In this document: piece by piece, positions 13,776 through 27,800 of the stretch
Position numbering within the stretch: position 1 is the stretch's first letter
Layout: each line of letters begins with the position of its first letter
NCBI GenBank assembly: GCA_039545335.1
Contig: BCIN01000007.1
Span: forward strand, 1,294,530 to 1,358,529
Reading direction: 5' to 3'
Source: Kondoa subrosea
Taxonomy: Eukaryota
Length of the DNA: 64,000 nt
The notes under the pieces: generated by a model
The model's input: the letters and a program-made list of their open reading frames with translations, nothing else
Databases searched by the model: none
Told to the model about the DNA's origin: nothing
Made by a program: the position numbers and the translations under genes

Positions 13776-14029
13776 TCATCCTTGAACCGCTGCTACTGCT
13801 GCTCTTTCTCTCCTGAGCTTCCGCCATAGATACCAGGTAAAAACACCGAGAAGTAGGAACGCAATAATTCTGAAGCAATGGTCAGACTCGCAGGAACGCT
13901 CTGCTTTGATTGGACCTACGGAATGGCAGCGGCAAGCGCAACTTGCGTCGTAGTATAATGATGGATGTTGCCATCTGAAGTTCTAACAGCATAATCTCTT
14001 TGTTGAAGGGAGGTATAGAGGGGAGCCAT
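13776..14029 (-). CDS. Small single-pass membrane protein (about 67 aa), 2 exons
   Basis: MAPLYTSLQQRDYAVRTSDGNIHHYTTTQVALAAAIP|GTAGGT..CTGAC..CAG|IIAFLLLGVFTWYLWRKLRRERAAVAAVQG*. Canonical intron; TM helix followed by a basic stop-transfer. Confidence 0.7.
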
Positions 14030-14606
14030 TGAAGAAGAATAGATGAGAGAAAAAAGAGTAGGTCAATCAGAGCCAGCTGAACGGAAACAGTGAATTGCTT
14101 TGGGATAAGAGAGCGACAATTTGGCGAAGAATGCCATGGAGAAATTGTATCGCCTTAGCATTGCCTTCTCCTGAGATGATACAAAAAGAGAAGACGGAAG
14201 GAAGCAGTGTACAGTGTTCTGAAGGAGTATGGCAGTCATAGCACAGGCTATAGAACATAAGACGAATCTCAAGTTGATGATTCCAGATTCGATGATGAAT
14301 TCGGAGCCGAATAGCGGAAATGAAGAGCTGGAGAAACAGCAGGACAAGACGCTTACGGGCTCTAAAAGCTGTACCACTTTGACAGCCTATTGAGTTGCGT
14401 TCTAGACTTGTCTTCTGATTACTTTGCTCGCGAGCTCAGGTATAAATGATGGGTGAGAGGTTCTTCCTAGATTGCCCAAAGACTCGTAGACTCATGACAC
14501 GAGCATCTCCAAGATCTATTTAGGCAGGTCAGTCATTTACAACCGACGCTTAGCTCTGTAACTTGAAACATACGACTGCACTTGAGCTTCCTTCAGTAAA
14601 GCCAAA

Positions 14607-15703
14607 TCACTTTTCTTTTCCTGGCTCCGACGCTTTCTCCTTCGCCTGTCTCTTTCGTCTTTCGCCTGAACAACGCTCTTTGTGACCCGCTTTCCAATCT
14701 AAAGCCTGACAGGTTTTTGAGCAATATAGAACGCATTTGCAGCTATAGAAAGCGAGTATCAAAACCCGAAAGGATAGTTGGATCAAAGAAGTACATACCT
14801 GCTGCAAAGCTTGAAAATCTTGTGGAATTCCCGCTGCGGATACTGTCCAGGAACTGGACTGGTATCATGATAATGACGGAAGCAGTGATTGCAAGAAGAG
14901 AGCGTCACATCCGCGCCTTAAAGAGGTATGGTTGAAAGTGCTCGCACCCTTTCTTCCGCTGTTGAGGGCTTCCCTCTGTAAGGGAAAGATCCGCCGAAGA
15001 ACAGGTCCGGCCATGATTGACCAAAGGCGAATAGGGTCAATTTAATGAAGCTGTCCATGGCTTCAATTGTTGCCGGCATCGTCTGCTTGTCTTTCTCTTG
15101 TTTTAGCTTGTCCAGCAGTGATTTAGCCAGATTTAAACTGTGCAACCACTGCGCCTTTTCCGCCTGTTCAGCTTCTTCCAGCATTTTCTCATACAGTTCC
15201 GGTTGTTTCTTAAGCGTTGTGACGAATATCATCATTACACTCGAGGTTGCCTGTGCAGTTGAGGACATCTGCAGGATCCAAGTCGGACCTTGCAGCATAA
15301 ATTTGAGATACTCTATGTAGCAAATTGTTGACAATTTGAGGCAGAGTTTACCATCTTTTGCTGGGAAAGTTTGTAGGAAGTTGGAACACTCCAGTACATC
15401 ACGGAAGAAATGACTGATTGGGAATAAGGAATTGGTAAGATAGGTCGAATCTTTATTCGTATTCTTATTCATCATATGGCAAGCAACCAAATAGAGCTTG
15501 GGTTCTTCGGCGCACAGTCGACGCGAGAGACCATGCGCCAAAGGACCTGCGTCTAGTCCTTCCGCCTTCATTCTGTTGTGAAGTGGTAGACTGAGGTGTT
15601 GCAAAGATGCCCAATCCAGCGTCCGAAGTGCTTGCGTGAACCTTGCTGTCTCTTCTGGTATTGCTTTCATAACCCATTCAGGGTAGGTCGAGAGTTGATC
15701 CAT
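14607..15703 (-). CDS. MYND zinc-finger protein
   Basis: C-terminal CNHC...KLCS(R)CKCVLYCSKTCQALDWKAGHKERC assembled across introns; start taken at MDQLSTYPEW. Confidence 0.75.
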
Positions 15704-15985
15704 GTCTTTGCGAAAAATGAGAAGAAAGAGTCGCCAAGAGGTATTGAGGTTGGAGAATAGGAAAAGGGAGGTATTATAGCGATACTTTATATTCTGCGAT
15801 GCGCTGGCACCAGGCAAGCCAGCTATAAGAATAGCACAAGTTACGTCAAGCTCAGTTAAGCTGTATAGCTTTGCAGCTTTGCGTAGATCTGTCGCCCTCT
15901 GCAAGCCACGAATGGACGTCAAAAGGAAGAATGAAGGGAATCTTGAAACAACGAGGTTTGGGTTGGTCGCGGATTGCAATGCTGC

Positions 15986-18900
15986 ATGAGATATCTAAGA
16001 TGTGCCCATCGATATCTCCATCGAAAATCTGGTGCTATACCAACTGGAGCGAGATGTCAATCGAGTCAAGCGTCGCAAATAGGAGACAAGCATGAAAAGT
16101 CGAATAGTGAGCCAAGTCAAGTGGCTAAGGGCGATCGAAGGGCTGAAGTAGATCGGACACAGTCGTTCGCAACCAAGCTGGAGTACAACTACTCACAAGA
16201 AGCCTGCATGAGCAAATCTTCAAGAATAATCCATTCGCGCCTGCCTTGGACAAAGCTCTGATTATCTCGCAAGAACACCTAAAGGCTCATGGGCTTTACG
16301 GTCAAGCCAATACGGAGCAGCCTGAGACTGCCTTTACTTTACCGCCTTTGCTGGGCAAGACAATTGATGAACACTTTTGGTCTATGGGCATGCTCGATGC
16401 GAAGCCTTACTTGGATCTAGGAAACGCTTTCGCAGCTACAGATCTGCCTCCTGTACCAGAACATTGGGCTAGAAGTAGCGGTTGGACGAAGTACAACCCA
16501 GATGGAAGCTTCGAGTCAGTCGACAATCTGCCAGAAGGGGAACCAGTCTGTTTCGATGTGGAAACAATGTACAAGATCACTCAATATCCATGTATGGCAA
16601 TTGCAGCGACACCTTCAGCTTGGTATGCTTGGATTTCACCTTGGTTGTTGGACGAGTCCGGTAGTACAGATCATCTTATCCCTATTTCAGCTTCGACTAA
16701 ACCACGTATTGTCATCGGTCATAACGTAGGCTATGATCGAGCACGAATAGCTGAAGAATATCATTTGCAAAGATCCCAATCTCGGTTTCTAGACACAATG
16801 TCTTTGCATGCAGCAGTCAATGGTCTTTCAAGTCCTCAGCGTCCAGCTTGGATGGCACACAAGAAGAACAAGCTTGCAAAATTAGCTCGAGAAGCGCCTG
16901 ATGAAGCTGATGAGTTCGTTGACGCTTCTTCTGCCTGGCAAGACAATTCTTCCATGAATTCTTTAGCTGAAGTAGCAAATTTTCATTGTGGTATTACTAT
17001 GGACAAAACAATTCGCAATAGTTTCAGCACAACAGAGAAAGAAGAAATCGCAGGCGAAATTGAACTGCAAGATCTTCTTTCTTATTGCGCTAATGACGTT
17101 TATGTCACGCATCGAGTGTTTCAGAAAGTTTGGCCTGCCTATCTAGAAGCTTGTCCGAATCCAGTATCTCTTTCCGGTATCATGCATATGTCAATACCTT
17201 TCTTACCAATTGATGAATCTTGGGAGCAATTTGTTCACACAGCCGAAGCAAAATATCAAGAACTCAACAACAAAGTCTTGGAACAATTGCATGCTCTAGC
17301 TGAAGAAGCGAGACATAAAGTACTGCAAGAAGATGAAGATGGAAGACCGATCTATGAAAATGATCCTTGGTTAAGTCAGCTGGATTGGACACCTAAAACA
17401 GCTAGGAGAAAGATTGATCCTGAAACGGTTTCAAAGGTATTGACCAAAGATCAGGAAGAAAGAGCGTTGGCCAACACGAAAGCTGAACATGCTTTGCCGG
17501 TTGAAGAGGTTCAAGAGGAGACAGTACCGCAAGAAGAGATCGTGGTCGAAGAGGTCGGGAGAGTAGAAGATATACAAGCAGAAACAAGTCAATCGCGAAC
17601 AGAAGCGCCAAGAAGTGCTCCAAGAGATTTGTCGAACCAACATACTATTCAACTGTTGAACCCAATATGGCGAGGCTTTCCCGCAACTTACAGCGTTCGA
17701 CATGGCTGGTACTTCTCTGTGCCCAAAGGCAAGCGCTACGAGCGTGATGAAGAGCTTGAACCGCTTCTACAGCCTGACGACCCCAAGTGCCGTGATATTC
17801 TAATCATGAATCGGAAACGTCCAGTCAAGACCAATCTTCTAGGTCCTGCGATGCATCCGCAAATTGAAGCTGGCATTCTTGAGATCAATGGCTTGACAAT
17901 AGGCGAAGATGGTCTCGAGCTTTGCGGCTTCCCTCTTTCATCTACCTCGACGGAGGCCTATATCGCTTGGAATGCGCGTTTAAAGACGACGAACAGTCCA
18001 GCTCAAACAGTATCAGCACCTTCGCCAAAGAAAGCAAGCGTGGGTAAATCGAAAAAGACAGTATCTGCTCCAGTACCAGACGAGACCTCAAATGAAGTAT
18101 GGCCGAAGTGGTTCTGGGATCTGGATCGCCGGCCATCTCAAGGTCCAGAAGGTTTGGAATTGTCTACTCGAACGAAAATTGCACCTCTCTTGCTTCGGAT
18201 CACTTGGTATGATAAACCCATCTTCCACTCTAAAGAACATGGTTGGGTATTTCAAGTGCCTATAGATGAAGATTTAACCAAGTTTGGTTTGATGCAAAAC
18301 ACCAAGAAGCTCAAGTTCGATCTGGTGGCCGATATTAGCTTGCATGAGGATCCGGATAACAATTACTTTCGCCTACCGCATCATTCGGGTGGTGATGCAA
18401 ATGTTGGATCGCCATTGTCGAAGAATTTTGTTAAAGCTGCGGAAGATGGTAGACTCGGCTCTGAATACAACGCAACCAAAATCGCTTTACAATTGAATGC
18501 ACAATGCTCATACTGGGTATCTTCTCGCGATCGAATCATCAATCAATATGTCGTCTATCAAGATAAAGATAAAGATATGGGTTTGCCTTCAAAATCTTCT
18601 GCCGATAAGAAGGAACACAAAAATGGTTTTATCCTGCCACAAGTCGTTACCATGGGTACTATCACTCGAAGAGCTGTAGAAAAGACTTGGCTCACCGCTT
18701 CCAATGCAAAGAAAAACCGAGTTGGCTCGGAGCTGAAATCTTTAGTCAGAGCACCAGAGGGTTACGCTATTGTTGGAGCTGATGTAGACTCAGAAGAGCT
18801 TTGGATCTGTAGTGTGATGGGCGATGCATACTTCGGTATGCACGGCGCAACAGCAATAGGGTGGATGACGCTTGAAGGTTCGAAATCAGCTGGAACCGAT

Positions 18901-19973
18901 ATGCATTCCGCTACAGCCAAGATCTTGGGTATCAGTCGAGATGAAGCTAAAGTATTCAACTATTCTCGACTTTACGGAGCAGGAGTCAAGCATGCTGTAG
19001 AGCTGTTAAGAAAAGCCAACCCTTCTCTGACTGTGGAACAAGCTACTGCTTTGGCCAAAGAACTTTATGCAAAGACCAAGGGCTCAAAAATCCATACTAA
19101 GGACCCAAGGAAGAACCCATTCGAGCGCAAGTTCTGGTACGGGGGTTCGGAAAGTTATGTTTTCAACAAGCTGGAGTCAATTGCAATGAGCGATCACCCT
19201 GCTACTCCTGCCCTGCGATGTGGAGTTACTCAAGCATTGAACAAGAAACATCTTCAGGCAGAAGGTCTTTCAGCTGCTGGAGAAGGTTATCTCCCTTCGC
19301 GAATCAATTGGGTCGTTCAATCAAGCGGTGTGGACTACTTGCATATGCTCATCACTGCTATGGAATATTTGATGCAACGCTACGACATTGCTGGTCGATA
19401 CATGATTTCGGTTCATGATGAAATCCGATATTTGGTTAAGGAAGAAGACAAGTATCGTCTATCTTTGGCTTTACAAATTGCAAATCTGTGGACTCGATCA
19501 ATGTTTGCGTATTCGTTACAGATGTCTGATTTGCCTCAGGTGAGTATCGGCCGGGTAGATCAGGTTTGATGCCAGAGCTCATTCGCTTTTTGCAGTCTTG
19601 TGCTTGGTTTTCAGCAGTAGATGTGGATCATGTCCTACGAAAAGAGGTCAACATGCCCTGTCTCACTCCTTCGAATGATGTACCAATACCATCAGGAAAG
19701 ACTCTTGATATTGTCGAAACTCTACAACATACGAACAACGGCTCACTACTCAGAAGCGGCGCAGCAAACGATACACTTCCCCCACCTACGCTTTTCTCGA
19801 CTGATTCGGCTGTATCTGGGATGCGATATATACCTCATCAACCAGGTTTCACTGGAAGTCATCAGCAAGACAAGCTACTCGCATTCTTGAATGCTCAAGC
19901 AAGCGCGAACAAGACAGATCTTACACAAGTCTTTAGGGAATACGAAAATCATAGAGATACCTTCGAGTACTAG
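15986..19973 (+). CDS. MIP1: Mitochondrial DNA polymerase gamma
   Basis: Basic presequence MRYLRCAHRYLHRK; RNQAGVQLLTRSLHEQIF; Exo I CFDVET, Exo II IVIGHNVGYDRARI, Exo III YCANDV; Pol A IVGADVDSEELW, Pol B SRDEAKVFNYSRLYGAG, Pol C ISVHDEIRY. Confidence 0.97.
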
Positions 19974-20059
19974 TAGCATTAGACACAAATGTAAGGCTGA
20001 AATATAGTGTCACTCTGTTTATTTAATCTAGCACATCTCGCTTTGACTAACAGCCAATC

Positions 20060-21601
20060 ATGGGCTTGTTCAGCTTCTTCCGGCGCAAGGTCAGCAGAGC
20101 TACATTGCTGACCATTTGTCAGACCGGTCTAATTGCTCCTGTGACACAGGATGATGATTTGTCAATATCCAAAATATTGGACAACTTGCAATCAGCTATT
20201 CAACAGCGAGAACAACACTTGGCTGCCATCAAATTACGCGAGAAGAGGGCTGTAGTGTATTTCACTACTTATTCTCTCATCCTTTGGGTTGTCTACTCTG
20301 CGCTTTGGTGGTTCTCGCTTCTACCGATTCATGTCAACGATGAGGGATATCAGGATCCTTATTTCAGGATACTCAAAGTCGTTCCTGTTGCTTTGCTTCC
20401 ATTCGTGTCAGTTGCATTCGTACCATGGTTACCAGAGCTTGTGCTGAAATGCAACTTGCAGAATCATCTTTACTCGCCGGAGCTTTAGATGGTTCTACAG
20501 GCGGCAGCAGCAAAGAGAAGGTCCGTCTAATGCAGTAGGAATGCATGACTTCTTACGACTTTCATCGCGGACAGAGAAAGCGCTAAAAGAGCTGCGAACG
20601 AAACAGAAAGCTGAAGTGACGAAGCTGAAGAAAAGGGTCAATTACGATGAAATGAAGGCTCTAATCGAAAAATATGATGATGGACCACGCAGACCAATAG
20701 TAAGCGGATTTCGAGGTGTAGACTGCTTCAAGTCTTCATCTAGGACCGCATACAGGCTATACCTCCTGGTACACCTCGGTCAGGTCAATCGACGCCTGCT
20801 GGATCACCTGCAGCTAAAGGCGCAGCAGCTCGTGGAGCCTATCTGAATTCTCCTCAATCTACACCAGCTCGAGGTCATCTTTCGCAGAAAAGCATGCCAC
20901 CAAGTATGTCGGCTGCTCATTCGCAATGTAAGCACAAACGGATACCAGACGCATGCTGTCTCACGACGAACGACACAGCTCCACCGTCAATGCCGCAATC
21001 GAGAGGTTGGGCAGATCGCTTGGCGGAAACATTGTTGGGCGAGAACGAGCAAGCGGCAGCTTCTAAATACGCTCTGATATGCAAGAATTGTCGCAATCAC
21101 AACGGTTTAGTCCTGAAAGAAGAGCTTTCATCAACTTGTACGTTTTCTTTCTTGTCGTCCCGCTTTTGACTAGATCTCAAGTTGGTTCGAACAGCCTATA
21201 TCTGTCCCAAATGTGGTACTTTCAACGAACCCAAAGTCTCAGGACCATCTCCCAAAACACTCCTGGAAAATCCATCCGCTAACGGAACAACTACTTTACG
21301 GAATTCCAAAAGCTCTCCACATCTCAAAGAAGACTCTCGTAGCAAATCACACGAGCCCAATTCATCTTCTTCTGCGCGTACTCGGACTTTCCCTGCAGAA
21401 CCGAATCAAGCTTCAAGATTGGTTCCTCAAGATATGCCTGTTCGGAAACATAGTCCTTTGACGCGAGCTGAATCTGAAGAACCTTCAACGAGCGAAGAGG
21501 AGGAGGAAGAAGAGCCAGAAGTGAAACCTGCAGGTGATGTGCACAGAAATGATAGTACAGTACAACAACGCAGAAGTAGAGCAATGGATACAGACGAGTA
21601 A
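20060..21601 (+). CDS. LNP1: Lunapark ER junction protein
   Basis: MG start (myristoylation-type), two TM helices, coiled coil, WADRLAETLLG, zinc ribbon YALICKNCRNHNGL...YICPKCGTFN. Confidence 0.9.
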
Positions 21602-21743
21602 TTCTGTTATGAACAATGCCCAAAAAAAATTTAAACAAGGGGAACTAATGTAATGACTCAAGACTGCGTGTTATTTGACCCTTTCTGTGAAACTGGGAAG
21701 TATAAAAAAGGTATATGAAATTATGGTACATCTGAAAATGACT

Positions 21744-24522
21744 TTATGAAGTGCTTGATGCTTTCGATTTCTCTTTTCTGCGCGCAGATAGACCTCTGAT
21801 GAGATCACAGTCAGCGAGAGCAAAGCAGATGAGACTACGCATGACTGACTTGACTACTTCAAGACAGAACGAAAGCTTCTGCAAAATGAAAGATATTGTT
21901 TCTTGCTTCTTTACTCTCTTGGGATCAGGGTGAGGTCCTTCATCCGGTACTTGTCCAAAGTTAGGATCAGAAGGCGATAATCCGAGTAAACCAAGTTTCG
22001 CTGCTTCTCTCATCAATGTCGCTAAAGCATAAGTCTTCAGCTTGTAGTCTGGTCCGATGAAAGTAAGAACCGATCCAGATTGTGTGAGTAAAACTTTGTG
22101 ATGGTCGAAGAAATTGATCTATTCACCGACATTAGATCATCTCTGTCTCAATCATAATAGACGCGAACCTGAAGAACATCATTGCTCAACTTAAATACGA
22201 TAGCATTCTTCATTCGATAGTACTTGACCAAGAAATCCAGGTTCTTTGTTCGAGTAGTATCGGTGAAAGTCCACTCTGCATCCCGTTCCAAAGTTTTCGA
22301 CATGTACTCCTGGAAATACTTGAGCAAGTAGACTTTCCGCTCGACTTCAGGCGTGTATTCTTCGTCTAGGCGATAATTCTTGCGAGTATAGACGCTGCCT
22401 TTTCTGCCCAAGTAATCGAGATGTCTGCAACGGCAGATTAGGATTATACAATCGTCTGAGATAAGACAACATACGTCTTATTTGGAGCAAGGACCATTGT
22501 GGTCGAATCATTAAAGTAGACACCAGATGTACCATCGGTAAGCTGGTATGCAGTGCCATACTTGTGCGTATAATCGATCCAAGAAGTGATGAAGACTTTT
22601 GGAGTTTCAAGTTCCGCCGGTGCTGTGTTGCTGCCATCAGTTGGATTACACAAAGGCTAGCAAGAAGACTTACCAGGTATAGCGTTCAGTGCATTCATGT
22701 TTTGAGCACTGAGAGCTGCTTCCAACACTTTACTAGTCGAAGCATACATTTCCTTTGATTTTTCTTCGGTCGCTTGTGGTCCCGCAGCAGTAGTGGGAGG
22801 AGCGACTCTAGATCTAGCTGGACTTGTCCTTTGAGGTGGAGGTGGTTGAGGTGCTGAAACGCTCTTCTTTTCTCTAGCAGAAGGTGCAGGATCTTGATCA
22901 CCTCGCAATTGTTCCACTCTCGTACCCATCATTTTCATACTGCTTGATCGTTTGACAATATTCTCTTTCCCTCCTCCACCAAGACCTAATCGTTCTGGTC
23001 TTACTCTCGCAGGCGAAACAACCAAAGGTTTTCTGGCTGAAGACAATAGTTCGGAAATAGGTGATTCAGGAGCCAAAGCATGTCGAACTTCAGTTTCTTG
23101 TGCTTGCGCAACTTGTTTGACTGCTGCTGCAGGTACTTGCTGCACTTGATTCGATTGCTTTTGGACGGCTGAAGGTCGTTTAGGTGAATCCACTTGCATC
23201 GCTTCCGTATCTGATTCTTCTTCTCCTTCTGAAGTCGATTCCTCATCTTCCGCGGTTTGCGAATCTGCTGCAGCTTTGTAGTAATGCGAGGTCGCGCGAC
23301 GGAAATTAGCAGAAGATTGTGTTGCAGTCAAGCGAGAGAAGTCGGGTGCCCGAGTAGCTGCAGAAGGAGGAATCCTTTCTGGGAAAGGGAAACGAGGATG
23401 GAAAAACGGATGGGCGAGGATCTCAGCGAGAGATGGACGATCCAGAGGATTCGTACTGAGGATCGCAGATACCAAGCTGACAGCTTCGTTGGATACTGGA
23501 ACATTGGGTGGGAAAGCATAAGCGTTGTCTTTAATCTTCTTGTAGATAGTCTTGACATCTTTAGTTTGGAAAGGTGGTTTGCCAACAAGGAAGGTGTATC
23601 TAGGATGCTTTCAGTTGAAGCAAAGGAAGAGAAGAGGGAAGGCTCACAATATCACTCCAATTGACCAAACATCAACCTCGAAGCTGTGACCGTTATCTCG
23701 ATCGAAAAGGATTTCAGGTGCGATATAATTTGGAGTGCCGCAGATGGTCTTCTTTCGTTCTCCGGCAAATCGGACTAGAGCAGCTAAACCGAAGTCACCG
23801 ACCTTGAGATCCATATTATGGTCGAGGAAAAGATTGCCAAGTTTGAGATCCCGATGAATGATAGACCGAGAGTGCATGTATTGACAGGCGTTGATCAACT
23901 GCACTAAATAGAAGCGAGCTTCAGGTTCTGTATAACGCTTCCTCTTCTTCAGTACGTCCAATAATGACTACAGGAAAGATTAGGCCTCGACGACAATGCA
24001 GAGTTTCGAGCTTACACCATTAGGACAGACTTCCATGAGCATGTATACATTATCTGCATCTTCAAAACATTCCTCAAAATGTACGATATTGCGGTGAGCC
24101 ATTGCTTGATGCAGCTTGATCTCGGCAAAGAGTTTGGATCGATTTTTGGAAGTCTTTAGCTGGTCTTTGGAGATGACTTTGATAGCTTTAGCTTGACCTG
24201 TTGCTTCTTCTGTTGCTGTGTATACTCTGGCAAATCCACCTTCTCCCAATAATTCACCACGATGCAAAGCGTTGCCTTCAGCAGCTGCTTTGTCTCTTCT
24301 AATGATCTCTGGCGGTTGTCCATATTGAGCTGTCAGCTTCCCAGCTTTACTAGGTACTGTCTCTTCTTCTTTGGCTGGTTCAGGGACAGCAGAAGAAACG
24401 GGCACATCAACCGTTTCGCGAGCTACTTTTTTTGATGGGTAAGCTGGTTTATTGCTCATGGATGAGGTCGTCCGCGCGAAATCTTGCCTTGCAGGTGCTT
24501 GTTGTCGCAATACGGCGGCCAT
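21744..24522 (-). CDS. CDC5: Polo-like kinase
   Basis: [51 protein letters not shown]; polo boxes [29 protein letters not shown] and [20 protein letters not shown]. Confidence 0.97.
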
Positions 24523-24818
24523 TACTCAAGGAAAGAGATTTAAAAAAATCAACAAAGAGGCCAAAGTAAGCGAGCGGAAGGAGCGTGATGCAGCCAAGGA
24601 GAGTATGAGGAGAGTGCTGCAAAGGGTATAGACGAGTTAGTAGTCTTGAATTGCGAAGGTGATCGTGAAAGAAAGACAACGAAAGGGAGAACCTTTGCGA
24701 AAAGTAAGTAGATCATCCTCCAACCCGAAATCAACAAAGGGCGAAAACTTCATTTATGCAGTGAATGCAGTGAATGCTATGCAACGGAACTGATCTGAAC
24801 AAGCTACTATACATCTCT

Positions 24819-27800
24819 CTAATCGAATGAAATGAATGCTGGAATACCGAAAACCACAGGAGCCGCTCCGTTGAGGTACCGCATAGTACAAGTTGATCTG
24901 GATTGAGAGATAGCGGCAGGTATCGAAGTACTAGAGTTGACCATTGTGTCCAGACCGAGTTTGGCGAAAGTAGATTTAGTGAAGCGATCAATGTCTTTGT
25001 CCGTTACGTCCCAGAGATTAGCAACCAGAGTGGGACTGTTGTACCTGATCAGCTATCAGGCAGTGAACATATATACGGACATACCATCCACCAATCATGT
25101 AATTCCATGGTGTTCCAATTGGATCAAAATCGCCCATGTCTCGCAAAGTACCGGATGAGCAACCAAAGAGAAAAGTAACAGCACATTGATCGAGTTGTCT
25201 GATTGTTTGAGATCTGATATACTGTTCTGCTCCTCCATGACCAAAGTAGCTGTATTATGAAGTCACCTTCTGCGAAACATTTGCGACAAAACACTCACAA
25301 GAAGAGATCATTCTCGTTCAAGGCTTTCTGCATCTCCAGCTCCATCGGTACTCTGCCGATGATTCCCTTCCACTCTTTTCCCTTCAACCAACCTTCGAAC
25401 TCTTTTTGCGTCCTGATCAGATCTCCGCCAGGATTAAGCAAAAAGGAAGCTCTCTTTGCATTGACCGTGAAATGTTCTGCTTTACAATTTCGTTGAGCAG
25501 TTAAGTCGATTCGATCTTGCAAGAAAGCGAGGGAAGGAATTCGGCTGATTGATCGACCTTCTAAACAGCGGAGTGACTCCCATGGGAAAGCTTGGGTTTG
25601 CTTGTCTAGAACCAGGAAGAGATGATTGGAATCAGATTTTGTTGTGGGCGGATCGTTATGAAGTTGTTCTAAAGCTGTTCGAAGATCGCAGACCACTTGA
25701 TCGTAATCGGTTTCATCTGACATGACTTGAATACCAGCGAATTGACATGATTCAATGACGAAATGCAACCAGTCTTCTAGTTCCTCCGCTTCGCAAGTAG
25801 GAGAGACGTTGGCAAAGAGCTGAAGCAGACTGTCATCGAACTTCATGCGATTGGATTTCCGGTCTTTAGCAGAAATCAGATGCCGCTTTAGAGTGTCGGC
25901 AACTTCGCCCTTGAACGCTGCCAGAGCTTTCTCAGGCCAAGTAATCTGATCAGTAAGAAGGATCTTGAAAACGCCTAACCATCTCTTTTCAACATTCTCC
26001 AGCAGAGCGCCTAATCGGCCGTCTAGCTCTCTGCGCTCAGTCCACCAAGCTGTCCTTGCTTCAGCTCCATCTACGTGCTTGGCGCGCTGAGAAGAATCGT
26101 TGCTTGAACTGATAACATCGAATAATTCTTGTTTAGCTGCTTGGAAAGTAAAGAGCTCTTCCTCTTCTTCCCTTTTGCCTAGTCGATCGAAGGGTAATCG
26201 AACGACCATCGGGTTCTGTTTGTGCCCGAAGCGAGTTAAGAAAATGCAATCCACAGCTTGACTGATACTGATTTGCACGACAGTCCAAGTCGGCGGAAGT
26301 TCTGGTGAGTCAGAGATTGGAGGTGACGGTCCAGTAGAAGAGTGACGCGCAAGAACCGAAGACCAGGGTTTTTCGACTGGTTGAGATGAATCGCTAATCC
26401 AGCGAGGTTCTGTCTTGACCTTGCGTGCTGAGCGTTCGTATATGCTTTCAACCAGTTCACGTTGCAAAGTAATATTGGCGGACCAGTCTGTGAAGCGATG
26501 AGATTTGACATGAATGGATAAAGGCAGACTCACCAAGCAAAGAAGCTACTTTCTGGTTGACCTCGCTTGATTGTTGCCCGAAAGTCGTTCTCAGATAGAT
26601 GCAGGTTGCTAGCAGTGACGCGTAATCTTGTAAGCGATAAGCTATCACTCTACCTGACGCCAAATCCAGAGCAGACTGCGCATGGCTGCAGCATTCTTCC
26701 AGCTTTGAAATGGAACTTTGATGCTTGACTCCCGACTTGCCATTCGCTGAAACAATAGCTGGTATGGAGATGGCTAGGAGTAATTTAGAGATCAACAAAG
26801 ACCTCAGCGGCTTGATTGGCTTACAGGCGTCGTGCAATAATGACAGGACAGGGTCTTTAGTCCAGCTCGCATACAATGCATCGAGAGCGATTTTCGCCGC
26901 AAGGAAGTGTCGCTCTGCCTGATCCTCTTCTGTAAGCTTCAAGGACGCCATCGACGCTAGCATGAGTGAGGCATTCTGTGTTTGTTCAGCTTGCAAAAGA
27001 ATAGATACTGTCTTCAGGTGAGCCCGCATTCGACAGCGGAAGCTGACGAGACTTACAACGCTGCATGATGATCTGGGCTTGTAACTGTGGTAAAATGCCA
27101 TGCGGCGATGTTGATCTGAATGAAGTCAATATTGGATTCGCGCGGACATCAGCGATTGCGTACAATGTTGTAGTATTTATGGTGGATATGTAGTGATTTG
27201 ATAGCCGTTGTTGATTTGATGCAGTATGGGAGAAGGCAGCATCAGCTTCGCTGAGCATATTAGCCTTGACTTGTATTTCAGCGCCAATTTTTCCCACATA
27301 GAGCAATTCGGTTGCCAGAGTAAAGCCATTGATATGTTGAGTTGCGGTCAGGGAAGCTAGACTATCATCCAGTAAGCCATTTATCGACTGAATCTCGGCC
27401 TGCCAGCACAGAGCTCGCGCCAGCATTGGATGTTGCTGATGCTCTTGACTGATAGCTATAGCTTGCGATATGAAGTATAAGGCTGGCTTAGGGGATCCGC
27501 GGATAGTATAGAGCGAAGAGAGTCGCAAATGAGCCATTATAAGGTACTTCAAGAAGTGTCAGCCAATATGATGAAATGACCACAGCTACGCACATATATA
27601 AGTGAAAGAGCAAGTTTCCTAGTCTGCTGATGATTAGCCAGATGCAGGGCTGCTTGTGCCGCAGCTGGCAGAGGTGGAAATTCTGCGATAGTCATCGTGG
27701 TGCCTATAAGTATGTCTTCCGCCGTTGAAGAGTTCTGATTAATATGAAGTGGTGACAGACGTGACAAGTTGTGTATAGCTCGATTATACAGCTTGATGGA

